Shown piece by piece: positions 1 to 12,200 of a stretch of DNA of 64,000 nt (position 1 is its first letter; every line of letters begins with the position of its first letter). A program made the position numbers and the translations under genes. The notes under the pieces are model-generated. The model ran no database searches. It saw only the letters and a list, made by a program, of their open reading frames with translations, and was not told the DNA's origin. This stretch comes from Veleropilina oligotropha (Eukaryota), in NCBI GenBank assembly GCA_048128005.1, contig JBEUKZ010000100.1:310001-374000 (forward strand), read 5' to 3'.

Positions 1-34
1 AAAGCCTGGATGGCAACTAATAAGCTCATGATGA

Positions 35-560
35 TCCACATATTAATGGAAATATCTACATCAGCAGAAATGACGGATTATTTAAAGAAATCAAAGAGTT
101 GCGAGTTGTCAGCATAAAATTGGCGTTGAAGATTGTACTTTGCAACGACGTTACCGAGGGAGGTACTTGGTGTTGGGAGTGAAGAGAACGGTTCTTAGAA
201 CAGAGCCTTGTCGGACTCCGCAATCTAAGCTGAAAGATGGTGTTAATGAATCATTAACTACAACCGACTGAGACCAGTTGCTCAGATATGAATGAGACCT
301 GTCCAAGCCAGTCCCCTGATTCCGGACTGATCGTTAAGGCATAGAAACAAGTTGACTTGATCGATGGTATAAAATGCTGCGCCCAGACCAAACATCACAA
401 GCAAGGACACTTGCCGTTTTCGATATTACAGCGAATGGCTCTGTCGATACGCTGATAGGGATGTTCTGAAAGTCGCTGACAAACTACCTTTTTGACTGTC
501 TTTGAAAGGAAAGACATGTTATATACGGGTCTGTAGTGTTTAGTTCGTCTGAGTTTAGAT
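35..560 (-). mobile_element. Decayed LINE (L2/CR1 group) reverse transcriptase fragment
   Basis: Frameshifted motifs YRPVYNMSFLSK, GAAFYTIDQ, SYLSNWSQSV, GVRQGSVL, QFYADNSQL. Confidence 0.85.
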
Positions 561-1043
561 TGGGCTTTTTTAGCAGAAGTTTGACAAATGCACTCTTTCA
601 CAAAATATATCATGTGTGAATGTAGATCAGCACAATATCACAGAAGAACAAGCAGATCCGTATCTTCACTAATAGGGATAACAATTTTCACAATTTGTTA
701 AATCTGCATCAACTGTAGTGAAATTATGAACAGTCGTCGCTGAGCTTCTGGCAAAGCAGATTGAAAACATTTTAGTTTATTCTTTATATTGCAATGTGGA
801 GCAATCCCTTTTGTTAGTCGAATGTGCGTTACATCCTTTGTTGAAGGTCCTTGAGGATAGCCATTAAACAATGATGGCATCTCGATATTTAACACGTATT
901 GGGGACTTGAATCGTCCTTTCAACTTGCCCGCATTTGCCCATTCTACCCCAAATGGTGTCTGAAATTGCTGGTTTACTTGCCTCTCTTCGAAGACTAGGT
1001 GCCTCAAAAAGTGATGATGGAAAGTGCAGAGTTCATATTTGAA

Positions 1044-1250
1044 GGGGGTGGGGGGGCAGCATGGCTGAGTGGATACAGTGTTGGTCTACTAAATGGAAGG
1101 TCACCGGTTCAAGCCCTGGGAGTGCCGGAGATTTTTCCTATGATCGTTGCCTTCATTGCACCAATTCAACTCATCATTCAAAGATGAATGACCTGATTTA
1201 TAACTGAAATACTGTTGGCGTGGTCATTAAACATCAATTCATCATTATCA
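1044..1250 (+). mobile_element. tRNA-derived SINE
   Basis: A box TGGCTGAGTGG, B box GGTTCAAGCCC, (TCA)-type tail; TSD tcatatttgaa (1033-1043) / tcgtatttgaa (1251-1261). Confidence 0.8.
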
Positions 1251-1407
1251 TCGTATTTGAACATTTCAGATGTGTCATCAAATTTACCATTGGCAGCAGT
1301 AGTTAGACGTTGGAAGAGTGGTTTTGGATAAACATGAATTGTTTCTCTGTCAACTTTAGCAGTGTTTTGAGCTCATTATGATGCTCTGATTTGATTTCTT
1401 AACATTG

Positions 1408-2270
1408 TACTCTAGTAGAGCATCCGCCATGACTGTTTGTACTCTAGTAGAGCATCCGCCATGACTGTTTGTATTCTAGTAGCGCATCCGCCATGACTGT
1501 TTGTACATTAGTAGAGCATCCGCCATGACTGTTTGTACTCTAGTAGAGCATCTGCCATGACTGTGTGTACTCTAGTAGAGCATCCGCCATAACTGTTTGT
1601 ACTCTAGTGGAGCATCTGCCATGACTGTTTGTACTCTAGTAGAGCATCCGCCATGACTGTTTGTGCTCTAGTAGAGCATCCGCCATGACTGTGTGTACTC
1701 TAGTAGATCATCCGCCATAACTGTTTGTATTCTAGTGGAGCATCCGCCATGACTGTTTGTACTCTAGTAGAGCATCCGCCATGACTGTTTGTACTCTAGT
1801 AGAGCATCCGCCATGACTGTTTGTACTCTAATAGAGCATCCGCCATGACTGTGTGTACTCCAGTAGAGCATCCGCCATAACTGTTTGTACTCTAGTGGAG
1901 CATCTGTCATAACTGTTTGTACTCTAGTAGAGCATCCGCCATGACTGTTTGTACTCTAGTAGAGCATCCGCCACGACTGTGTGTACTCTAGTAGAGCATC
2001 CGCCATAACTGTTTGTACTCTAGTAGATCATCCGCCATGACTGTTTGTACTCTAGTAGAGCATCCGCCATGACTGTGTACTCTAGTAGAGCATCCACCAT
2101 AACTGTTTGTACTCTAGTGGAGCATCTGCCATGACTGTTTGTACTCTAGTAGAGCATCCGCCATGACTGTTTGTACTCTAGGAGAGCATCCGTCATGACT
2201 GTTTGTACTCTAGTAGAGCATCTGCCATGACTGTTTTTTACTCAAGTAGAGCATCCGCCATGACTGTTTT
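1408..2270. repeat. 32-bp minisatellite, ~27 copies
   Basis: Unit TACTCTAGTAGAGCATCCGCCATGACTGTTTG. Confidence 0.95.
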
Positions 2271-3060
2271 TCGGCCATGGATTCAATGATATGTGCGCCA
2301 ACATTGTGCGCTGTATCAGCATTCACACAATGATACCTGATTCAATGTTTCATAGATAAGGGTCTTCAACAAATGTCTTTCTTCCACAAAGAAATGATGA
2401 AAATGTGGTAATGTCCTTTCTGTCACGTCCGTTCCTGGTACTTGAAGACTCCTTGTGTTGTTCGATAGAATGATATCTTGTAGCTGTTAATTCTTGGAGA
2501 ATGCCGACACTAAGAGGGGCAATTGAGATCCTTACTTTTCATTCCTCGACCTCTCGTCAATCCGCCTGACGTTTTTATTCCTCTCATAAGAGTCGAACTT
2601 CTTAAGCAGTAGATCACATGAAAGCCATGCATGCCCAGTAGCGATCGCTTCTTCTTTAAAAATGGGTGTCCGGTGATCTTTTTCCAGATCATGCATTTTG
2701 ATAGGTAAACGTTTTCTGATTTTGCATATAAATTAGGCCAGCGGAAGCTAAATATGGCAACAATGCATAAAATTAATGATTTGTAGCTACAAAGACCAAT
2801 TACCTGTCCATTCTGCTTTTATGAAACGACGTAGAATGGATATTATTTCAGAATATACTTTATTAAAAGTTTTGCAGTGCGAGAGTGTTCAAGCTCTATC
2901 TCCCAGCATCTGTTGGTCAAATGTTTTATGAACATTATTTTGTCATATAGATTCCACTATAATTTCCCACTCTATCAGTTAATTATAATACTCGTGTATA
3001 TGTGCTCAATTTAATCTTATTGCTTAAATTCTTTAGAGCTTTAATCGCTGATTAGTATAC

Positions 3061-4196
3061 CAGGGGTCGAATTGTTAAAATGGATGTACCTGTCTAGGGT
3101 GACAGGTGGAATAAATTTTTACCTGTCTCTTCGAAATGTCAACTGAACACATATCATCAGTGCTGTACCCTCACTTCTCAGCTTAGGAGTGCACCGCTCC
3201 TGGGTTTAAAATTTTAGGAGCAAAAATAAAAATTTAGGAGCGCAGTTCAATATTTCACAAAAGTCAGACCCAGACTGGGATAATTTATTTTATCTCGTTT
3301 GGATTTATGACCAGTATTTGCAAGAAAGAAAAAGTTGGATAGTGCTCCCTTAAATAATTTTATTTTACCTATCTCCGTTTTTATTAATATTATTCAAATT
3401 TGCCATTGCCTACAGAAAAATTGAACTTAAATAATTTATTTACCGTAAATGCCGTAATAGTCACCCTAATTTGTCGTCAACCCAATACACGTGACGAACA
3501 TGTGCACTATGCAAACGTCGGTAAAAGCTAACTCCGACTGTCGCAAAGGTATTTTCATAGGCCTGTTTTGAAATAGCCGTCCTTCCAATTAGGTGTAGTG
3601 TCTTTTTATTCCAACTGCACACAGTATTTCCCTTTTGTACGTTGATATTTCCGATAAACATCAGCGAAATTCTTGAATGACCATTGCTTCAAAATATAGG
3701 GGGCGCTGCGATCTGTATATAGCTACCGCCAATGAAACGACGGCGTTAGCCTTACGTGATCTATTTGACAAATCAATTAACCACTTTGGTAGACGTTGTT
3801 GCGCTTCGTACAATTGAGCGATGTTTCGGGGCGTTTCATTGGTTTATCAGACATTTCACAAAGATTGAACGATCTATTCTGGGAGAGGGAATTCCAGTTT
3901 AATGACACTAAACATGGCGACCATTGTTATTGTAATGTGGCAATTTCATTGTAACTTTGGAAACGTAAGTTGATAACTATATTGACAATGGTCAATTCTA
4001 CAAAATAATTTTAATACTGCAACTATATGATTACGAATGTGAAATTGTATGTATATATTAATAATTCACTGTAATATACAGTGGAATATTACTCTTATTT
4101 TCACCTGTCGCCGATGACAGGCACATTTATTTTTTGGCAGTCGCCAGTGATATCCACCTGTCGACGACAGGTAGACAGGCGATATTTCGATCCCTG
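3061..4196. mobile_element. Non-autonomous TIR element, 5-bp TSD
   Basis: TIR CAGGGGTCGAA / TTCGATCCCTG; TSD TATAC on both sides; subterminal CCTGTC/GACAGG repeats. Confidence 0.75.
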
Positions 4197-4589
4197 TATA
4201 CTTTGCACAAAAAGCTTATTTCAGACACTAGGGGGCAGTAGCATCTTCAAATTCAGGTATCTATTAACGGAAACTATTTATAAAACTGAGAAACCTATTT
4301 ATTTTGGATATTACGACCTAATATCAACAAAAGTCGTCACTTGTTTCAAATATACAATGGCCTCTATGGGCCTTCATACATAGAAACCGCTCGCAATCAA
4401 ATGTTCTTTTTCAACACTATTTCTCTTTTAATAATGTCGCTTCTACTTCATATTTTAATTTGCTAGCCCTTTGTATATGCTCTCTTGTGAAGCAAATATA
4501 TATAAAAATAGAAACAATATCGAAATGTTAACACATAAAAGTTAATTGTAAACATATAGCGTGCAGCGTAGCAACCGAAAAAAGTAAAT

Positions 4590-5470
4590 CAGTGTAAAAA
4601 GTTAAAAAAATCATCCACAAGCATTTTGCTCCTAACTTTTAAAAGTTAGGGGCATTTCAAAATTTCTAGGGGCATTTTCATGAAGCATAATTTTAAGGTT
4701 TAATTATAAAGCCTTATAAATTTTTTGCCTTTTTGCTTGCATTTTGCCTTAATAATATATTTTGATAAGTGTAAACATGTTGAAGATGTTTTAAATTTCG
4801 CGCGCAAGAACTTAGGATTATCGTACATTTCGCAAGGGTAAATTTAAGGGTTAATCTACAACGATGTTACATTGTATAGTTACGATATATTTAAGTACAA
4901 TGTTTTTAATTATAATTCCTGAATGACAGTGTCATACCTGCCAATAAATTGTTTATTCTATTAAGAAATGATCATTTTCTAAGTATCTAGCATTTACTAA
5001 ATGTAACAATCGACTTGCGTATAAGAAATATGCATTTTGTTTCCACCTTTTCCCCCCGACACAGGACTGTTGACGGTTGCTATGACGCTGTAGACACAGC
5101 GCCATCTATACTTAGACTTAATCGCTATTTTCCGTAATATATTCTACAATAGTAAAACAGTGTTGTACGGAAATTGCCGAGATCAGTCGTTGACTGGTTT
5201 TTAAGGCAGATTATCTCCCTTTTACTAACATGACATGTCTTGCATCGGAAATTTCTATCGATATCGAAAATGGAAAATTGCGTGGTCAAAAACGATGTTC
5301 AAACGCATTTTAAGCGAGTAATACAGGTGAAATGCAAGTAAAACGTAATAAATATACGAATTGGTAGCAATTTATGTTACTCGCACAAAGCGAATGCTTG
5401 TCAAAGTTAACTCGCATTCTATAAATGTTGGGCGCATTTGCGACCGCGTTGTTCGCAACTTTTTACACTG
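4590..5470. mobile_element. Non-autonomous TIR element, 5-bp TSD
   Basis: Perfect 14-bp TIR CAGTGTAAAAAGTT; TSD TAAAT. Confidence 0.75.
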
Positions 5471-6144
5471 TAAATGCGTCGTGAATCAATGTTTCCTGGT
5501 ACAAAATACACATACATGTGTGCATCACTAATCTAAAACACGTTTCTATGTTAAAAAAAGTCTATTATAATACTTACCTATCGAAACAAAGTGATATAAA
5601 TATTTTATAGTGCATGGAAATCTGACTTTTAGCTAATACAACCACTGCATGAATTATCTCCCTTTTCATGTATGGAAGTCAGACACAAAATTGCTTTTGA
5701 TGTAAATATTGAAACTTTGATCGACAAATTACATATGTTCCCCCACCGATATTTCTTAATAGTTTTTATATGTTGTTTATGCAGTTATTATAAACTGTTT
5801 CGCACAAACATTGTTTCTTTTGCAATTAGTTTGATGTTAATTAGCAAATTGACGACTATAAAAAGGTCGTAATATTTTAACATCTTATAATGCTCACAAG
5901 TCAAAATGATTAGATATCTTATTTACCAAGGTCGCACCCAGTAGTTATGCGTGGGATCTCAATTCATTCACTCTGTCTAACAGGATTGGGTTCAAATCCT
6001 CAGCTGGACACTTGGATACGGGCAGGTTTTTCAAGGTGACAGAGACATTCTCTCGCTATAATATTGACAAGTCCTGGTATGATTCTGAAGGGTACTAAAA
6101 ACTGGACAACGAGCATGGCTCAAACCAAACAAAATCGTATTTAC

Positions 6145-6259
6145 CAAAAGCATTTGACCAGCCAACAGGATTTCTGTTGGAAGCACAGATAAAGTCAGCG
6201 ATGGTTGTCTCAGCATCCCCGTCCTCATGGCATTCGTTATTGATGTAGCAGTATCCAAA
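6145..6259 (-). CDS. VWDE-like exon N', module 2, phase 0-1
   Basis: ctcttcag|FGYCYINNECHEDGDAETTIADFICASNRNPVGWSNAF|gtaaat; 115 nt. Confidence 0.88.
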
Positions 6260-9200
6260 CTGAAGAGTACGAAGATGACACATTACAGCTGCATACATGT
6301 GATACCTCCGGCCGGGAGTAAATTCCTCCCGAAATCGGCACTCCCGAAATGGCCTACTCCAGGAGTCTCCCGAAATGACATAAATCTCACGAAATCAGAT
6401 AATCTTTCAGAGATAATTTAATTATCCAATAATATTATTTTCTTGCAATGACATTGCATTATGTAATTAACTCTATGCATTTTACTCAACCTTAATTTGA
6501 TCGCTGTCACCGCGATGTTTGTTTACTGTGCCAAGCGTATTATCGCTACTTTCATGGTTCAATGGTGATCTTGAATGGGCATTGTTCGTCCTGATTGATA
6601 CCAAATTACTGTAACAGTTCCAATATCAGTTATTACAATCATATTTAAGTCATTTATTGGTAAAAATGACATTTCAAATGTTATAGCAGCAAGAAGTGAT
6701 ATGAAACTACCAAAATTAGGCCAGAATTATCACAAAAAACTTCACCGGAAGCTGCATGGTGCATTTACAAACCAGGATGTAAAAAGTGGATGGATATGAA
6801 GATAAAGACTGGATCAACAGTTTTCAACCACCTGTAGCTGTGTTCAGTTGAAAGTAAATTATGGGTTGACTTTGTAATTACTGATAAATACAGTATTGAA
6901 AAGAAGATAAAACCCGGTGTAGCAGCCCAAAACTTCTCCCGCCTAGAACTTCCCCGGGGGAAGTTCTAGGCTAGGCTAGAACTTCCCCCCTACGCCTAAA
7001 GCTTCCCCCCCATGAAAAAATTACGAATAATTTATAATCTGTTATTTTTGGTATAGCATATGGTTATTTTAAAGAAAATGTGTGCTTAATATAGTATAAT
7101 TGATCAAGCAGTACTATTTTGTATTTAGTACAATATTCATTGTTTCTGCAAAAAACAACTGTTACATTTGTTCTTTCAGTTTTGATTTTGTTTCAACAAT
7201 TAAACAGAAAAGAGAGATTGCAGATAATTAACTTGACAAACAATTAACTTGTAAAAGTTTAGAACACATATTTGATAAACAAAAATAAAGGACCATATAG
7301 CTATAGTTGTATTTAACTCTATAACAAGAACGACGCATTCGAAATATGCCTTGGCCATTTCGACGTTACTTGACATAATCACAGTCTTATTAATTTAATG
7401 CTTCTGTCTTTGGTTTAAATACTTGTTAGTATGTAAATAGTATATATAGCCTTATAGGCCTATATATATACACTCAAGTCTTGACACATGTTTTACATGT
7501 CAGAACAAAAGTGATATATATGTGATTACCGATACGAACAATGCTTCTGAGGGATGGAACAATAAATTCCGAATGCTTGTCGGATACAATCATCCCAGTG
7601 TTTGGAAATTAATTGAGTGCCGGCAGGCAGAGTGTGCTCGAGTGTCTACCCTGCTGCTCCAAGACGATTGTGGAATAACACCAAAGAAAAGAACGAAGAA
7701 AATATATGCAGAACTTCAAACCAGACTTCGCCATCTTTGTGAGGATATATCATCTGAACGGAAGACAATTCTTGAATTTTAACGAGGCGTCAGCCATAAT
7801 CTAAGGGGTGGTCAACTCAACATTTAATTATAAATGTATGGTCATGTGTTATGATTGTCATTGTTATAGTGTTAATATGTTATGTATATTTCATATTTCT
7901 ATTTATATATCAAATAAAGAGGCTATCAATATAAATTTATGTTTAATAATTATTTTATTAAATTAGATTTATAATTTAATTCTGGTTTAACTCGTAATAC
8001 ATACCTATTAAACAAGAATTATCAAATTTAATGAAGTTTATTTACCAAAATTCATGAGCCATGGAGATCTTATTTCTTATCTGTTCATTTTCGTTTAATT
8101 TTATTCAAACAGTCAAAACATCAAGATTTTAATGTATTTATAGTGGTGTGCATGTGGTTGCATGCGTACAATATAATATTGTTAAATCATAATATTTATA
8201 TGGGAGTTCTAGTTATAATTTCTATTAAGACATACTTTATCTCAAGTTAATTAAACAATATAATATTATTATTCATGTAAATAGATCTTATCAGTAAACC
8301 ACAAAATTGAAATTACCAGCTTAAAAATGCATTTGTCAGACTCAGATCAATGATCGCTTAGATCTTTACAAATTCTCTTTAATTCACTGATTACCTGAAG
8401 GTGTTGGATGAAGACAATTGATATTTATTATGAAAAGAGCTTGGACCTGGCCAATTAAGAGACTCAGTCGAGTTACACTGTTAATCTGCTACCCAATAAC
8501 ACATCAAATGATTGAATATAATATTCATTGTTTCTACTAAAAACAAATGTTACATTTGTTCTTTCAGTTTTGATTTTGTTGCAACAATTAAGCAGAAAAG
8601 GCAGATTGCAGATAGGCCTAAACAACAATGTACATGCTTCAGCTTGTGGTACTTTGATAAAGATTTAACCACTGAAACACATATTTCATAATAATAAAAA
8701 TATAATTTTAAATTAATAAAATATAAGCATTGTATATTTATAATATCATATATATCTGAATACTAAAACCTCATATGGTATTCAGTTAATATGTTACAGC
8801 TATTATAACAAGTGTACATTAAATGTATACAATTTAATATGTATATACTCAATTTATATTAACTTTCATACTATTTATTTTACCATGTGTAATGTCAGGA
8901 GAAAAATATAAAAATGGTTAAACTTTTGATAGGGGGGAAATTTTAGGCGGGGGGGGGGGGGAGTTCTAGGCTAGCCCCGGGGAAGTTCTAGGCGGGGGGA
9001 AGTTTTGGGCTGCTACACCGGATCAATATTTTCCAAGTACTTGCAAGTTGTATTGTAGATAGGAGATTGACAAGTTATGTATAGGTTAACCAACATGGGA
9101 CTGTTGATTCTTGAAAAATAATGCACGAGGGCCGACAGGCCCGAGTGCATTAATTTTCAAGAATCAACAGTCCCAAGTTGGTTAACTTATTTAATCCATT

Positions 9201-12200
9201 TTGACAATATTAGCTATTTGTTATATTTTAAACATTATTATATACATGAAATCGCCAATTTAAAAACAATACGATAGAAATTTTGTACGAATTGGGGTTT
9301 ACTCTCCCAAAACTCCTGTCGGATCCCATTCCTAATTAGTTGAAGGCGCCGCTTAATCATGGTTATGAATAGACGTTTAATGTGCTCGTTAAGTGCAATT
9401 ATACCGGCATGCAAGGCGAAATATTTTTGCGTCGTGATGATGTACATTTCAAAGCACGCTCACTTGGCTTCAGATGTTTGACCAGAGCACACGTGGAATT
9501 TACCTCTGCAGAGAGCATCAGGTATAGTATAATATTGCAAATATATGTTGTATTTTAACGACATTTCTGTGATATAATATTTAAATAGCTCTCGGTGTTC
9601 GTTTCAAAGTAAAGCAATGGAACATCGTTCATATGAACAACAGCATTATATGGAGTATTGCCAGATTCTTCTGAACGTTAAACGTGTATTACATTTTCTT
9701 CATTTGGGTAACAAATTTAATGTGCTTGAAGTTTGTTGTCAGTGCAAAAATGTTGTCTACGCGTTAAAATAATTAATATTTTCTTTTCAGTGTCCAAGTG
9801 TACTAGAATGGACTCGTCCGCAGATAAATCTACCTCTTTGGATTATATACTGCGTTAAACATGCTTTCCTCATTTTCTGGAATGGAATCATCCATAGCAT
9901 GGAATTAATGCACATAACGCTTGTTTAATTGGTCTTTCAAGCAGACACAATGATTTTGTAGCAGTGGATTCGTGAAAAATAATCTACAGTTAATACAATG
10001 GAAAAGTAGGTCAAAATGGATTAAATAATTATATATATTGTTCAGGTGAAAGTAAAGTATTGATATGGAAATTAAATTATTTATTGTGGTATTTTTTTTT
10101 TATAAAACTCACTTTTATTTATTTTTTGGATTGTATAAGATTACTATTACTATCATTTATATACATGTCTTTTTATGCAAATAATTCTAAAATTACATGA
10201 CGTAATCGACGATAAAAATATACTGGAATTTTACCCCAATCTTCTGGAATATTGACCCCAACCTCCTGGAATGCTGTTTTGGGTTATCACACGTATGCAA
10301 TTGCAATCATACTAAATTGAACAGAACATGGCTATCATAAAACATCACTCGAACATAATACACCTCACAAAACTTCAAAATTAATAATTATGTCAGTGCC
10401 ATAATTTTAAAAATAAAGTGCTGGTTTAAAGTCATGATCCAATCCTACCGGATGGAACCTAAACTACTACAACCAGACGTCCGTGCACCACAAAGTCTGG
10501 ACGGCACATATATATGGAACTCCATTCAGTGATTAACAAGAATAAAACATCTTCAATCTCCATGTGCAATAATTGAAACAGGAGAGTAGAGCTATTTGTG
10601 GTTAGTGAGGAAAACAATGTTAGTCTTAACTGATAAATACCCTCAGAGTACATGCTACTCCAGGGGCGCATGTCAAACACGTGCTGTCATACACGGTGTA
10701 CGTTACTGCCACACTCTCTAGTCCTGCTGTACTGACGGTGATTAAGGTGCTGAAGGCTAAATTTTCCTGCATGCATCGAACCTCCTCAAATGATATGAAC
10801 ACTGCCGTCGCAACGCTGGATACATTGGACATCGTGAAAGTAAAATCATCTGACAACTAAAATAGGAATATATTGATATTAAATACATAGAAAAATAATT
10901 CTGAATAAAATACGGCTCCGAGCAAATATGAATTTGAGCAGTGGTAACATAACTTTGCGTTTTGTAGATAATTTATCATTGAAGTGGTATGTATATACAT
11001 TTGATCACTGCCTGAATGATGAGCAACAGGGGTAAACAAGAAAACATAGCCATCAATATCCTTCGCACGGACGGACGCACAGATGGAACTAGTTTCTGTA
11101 ACCCCGACAACTTCATTGTTGTGAAGCACTTTTGTATGATACTGTTATTATAGCATATACATAATAAATTTACTTTAAAAACGGGGTCGCACCGATCTTC
11201 AAGTGGATACGAGTGTGGGCTCTCAATTCACATGCTTGACAAGTCTCTCTAACAGGAGTGAGTTTGAATTCTCAGCTGGGTGCTTTGTCCAGTTAACAGA
11301 CACAGGTGCGGCAAGTTTCTCTGGGTGACCAGGTTTTTCTCCCTCAAAAATATGGACATGTCTTAGTATATATGAATCTGAAGGTTGTTGTTAAAGTGAG
11401 ACATTATACACCGATACAAACCAAACCAAACCAATATCATGCGATTACTGAAATTATGTCAATTGTCAAAGATTGCATGGTGTATATTGTAAAGCCGATA
11501 CATGCCTGAAGTGTCGTAAAATGGCATTTGAGATTTTCGGAATTGATGAAATTAGTTCCAATAATTGTCACTGTTGAGCAATCCTCATCGTTCCTGTTGC
11601 AGTGGGTTGAACCTAAGATTTGATCCACCGTGGGTGGTCGGGTTGCGTCGATGGAACAGTCTACACCCAGCCAGTTACTGTCGCAATTGCAAGCACCTGG
11701 AAGATATGATTTTGAGCTAAAATATGATATATTGACTTAATTATGGGTTCATAATTCCTTCTACATGCATACATTATAGCGACACTGTCACATCCCCATG
11801 GCAAATGCATTTTGTCCTAATTCAGTATATCGAAATATTAATACAATGCACGTCTGGCATTTACTATAATAATCGGTTTTATTATTGAAATGGGGCTTAA
11901 ATTTCGACAGCATGCTAAATATGATCCCTTCTATCTAATATCACTACCAGAGTATCAGGTAACATCAATATAACCTATACCAAAGCAGATATAAGCCAAA
12001 ACTTTCCTTGAGCAACCAATATATTATAAACTTTAAGCGAAAACTTCGATTGAAAACTAGAACTGAAACATACCTCCTAAAGGCTAAACATGTCTACCTG
12101 AAAAGGTATGGTTTGGTTATTCATCCAACAAAGGCATGTAATAAATCACCAAAAGCTTTAATTTAAAGTGTTACTGACAGATCATGAGATGCTCCCCAGT

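Larger units (their letters stand above)
590..2720 (-). pseudogene. Decayed DNA-transposon protein with PIN/XPG-like nuclease region (AcademX-like by inference)
   Basis: Collinear frameshifted motifs LMRGIKTSGGLTRGRGM, EQHKE, LFQRL, FKYELC, FNGY..GPSTKD, DADL, EDTDLLVLL; interrupted by a SINE and a minisatellite. Confidence 0.7.
6292..10296. mobile_element. Non-autonomous TIR element (CATACATGTGATA family) with two nested elements
   Basis: TIR CATACATGTGATA / TATCACACGTATG; both ends match the copy at 50798-51981; CTCCCGAAAT and CTGGAAT subterminal repeats. Confidence 0.75.

Noticed and set aside
1050..1125. tRNA gene (also the heads at 55953, 39565, 22629)
   Set aside because: A/B boxes present but no convincing cloverleaf; followed by SINE body, tail and TSD.
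5578..5645. Possible next exon after N' (TAG|gtaagt donor)
   Set aside because: Weak acceptor, AT-rich composition and no similarity to exon A or A'; the next exon was not identified in this window.
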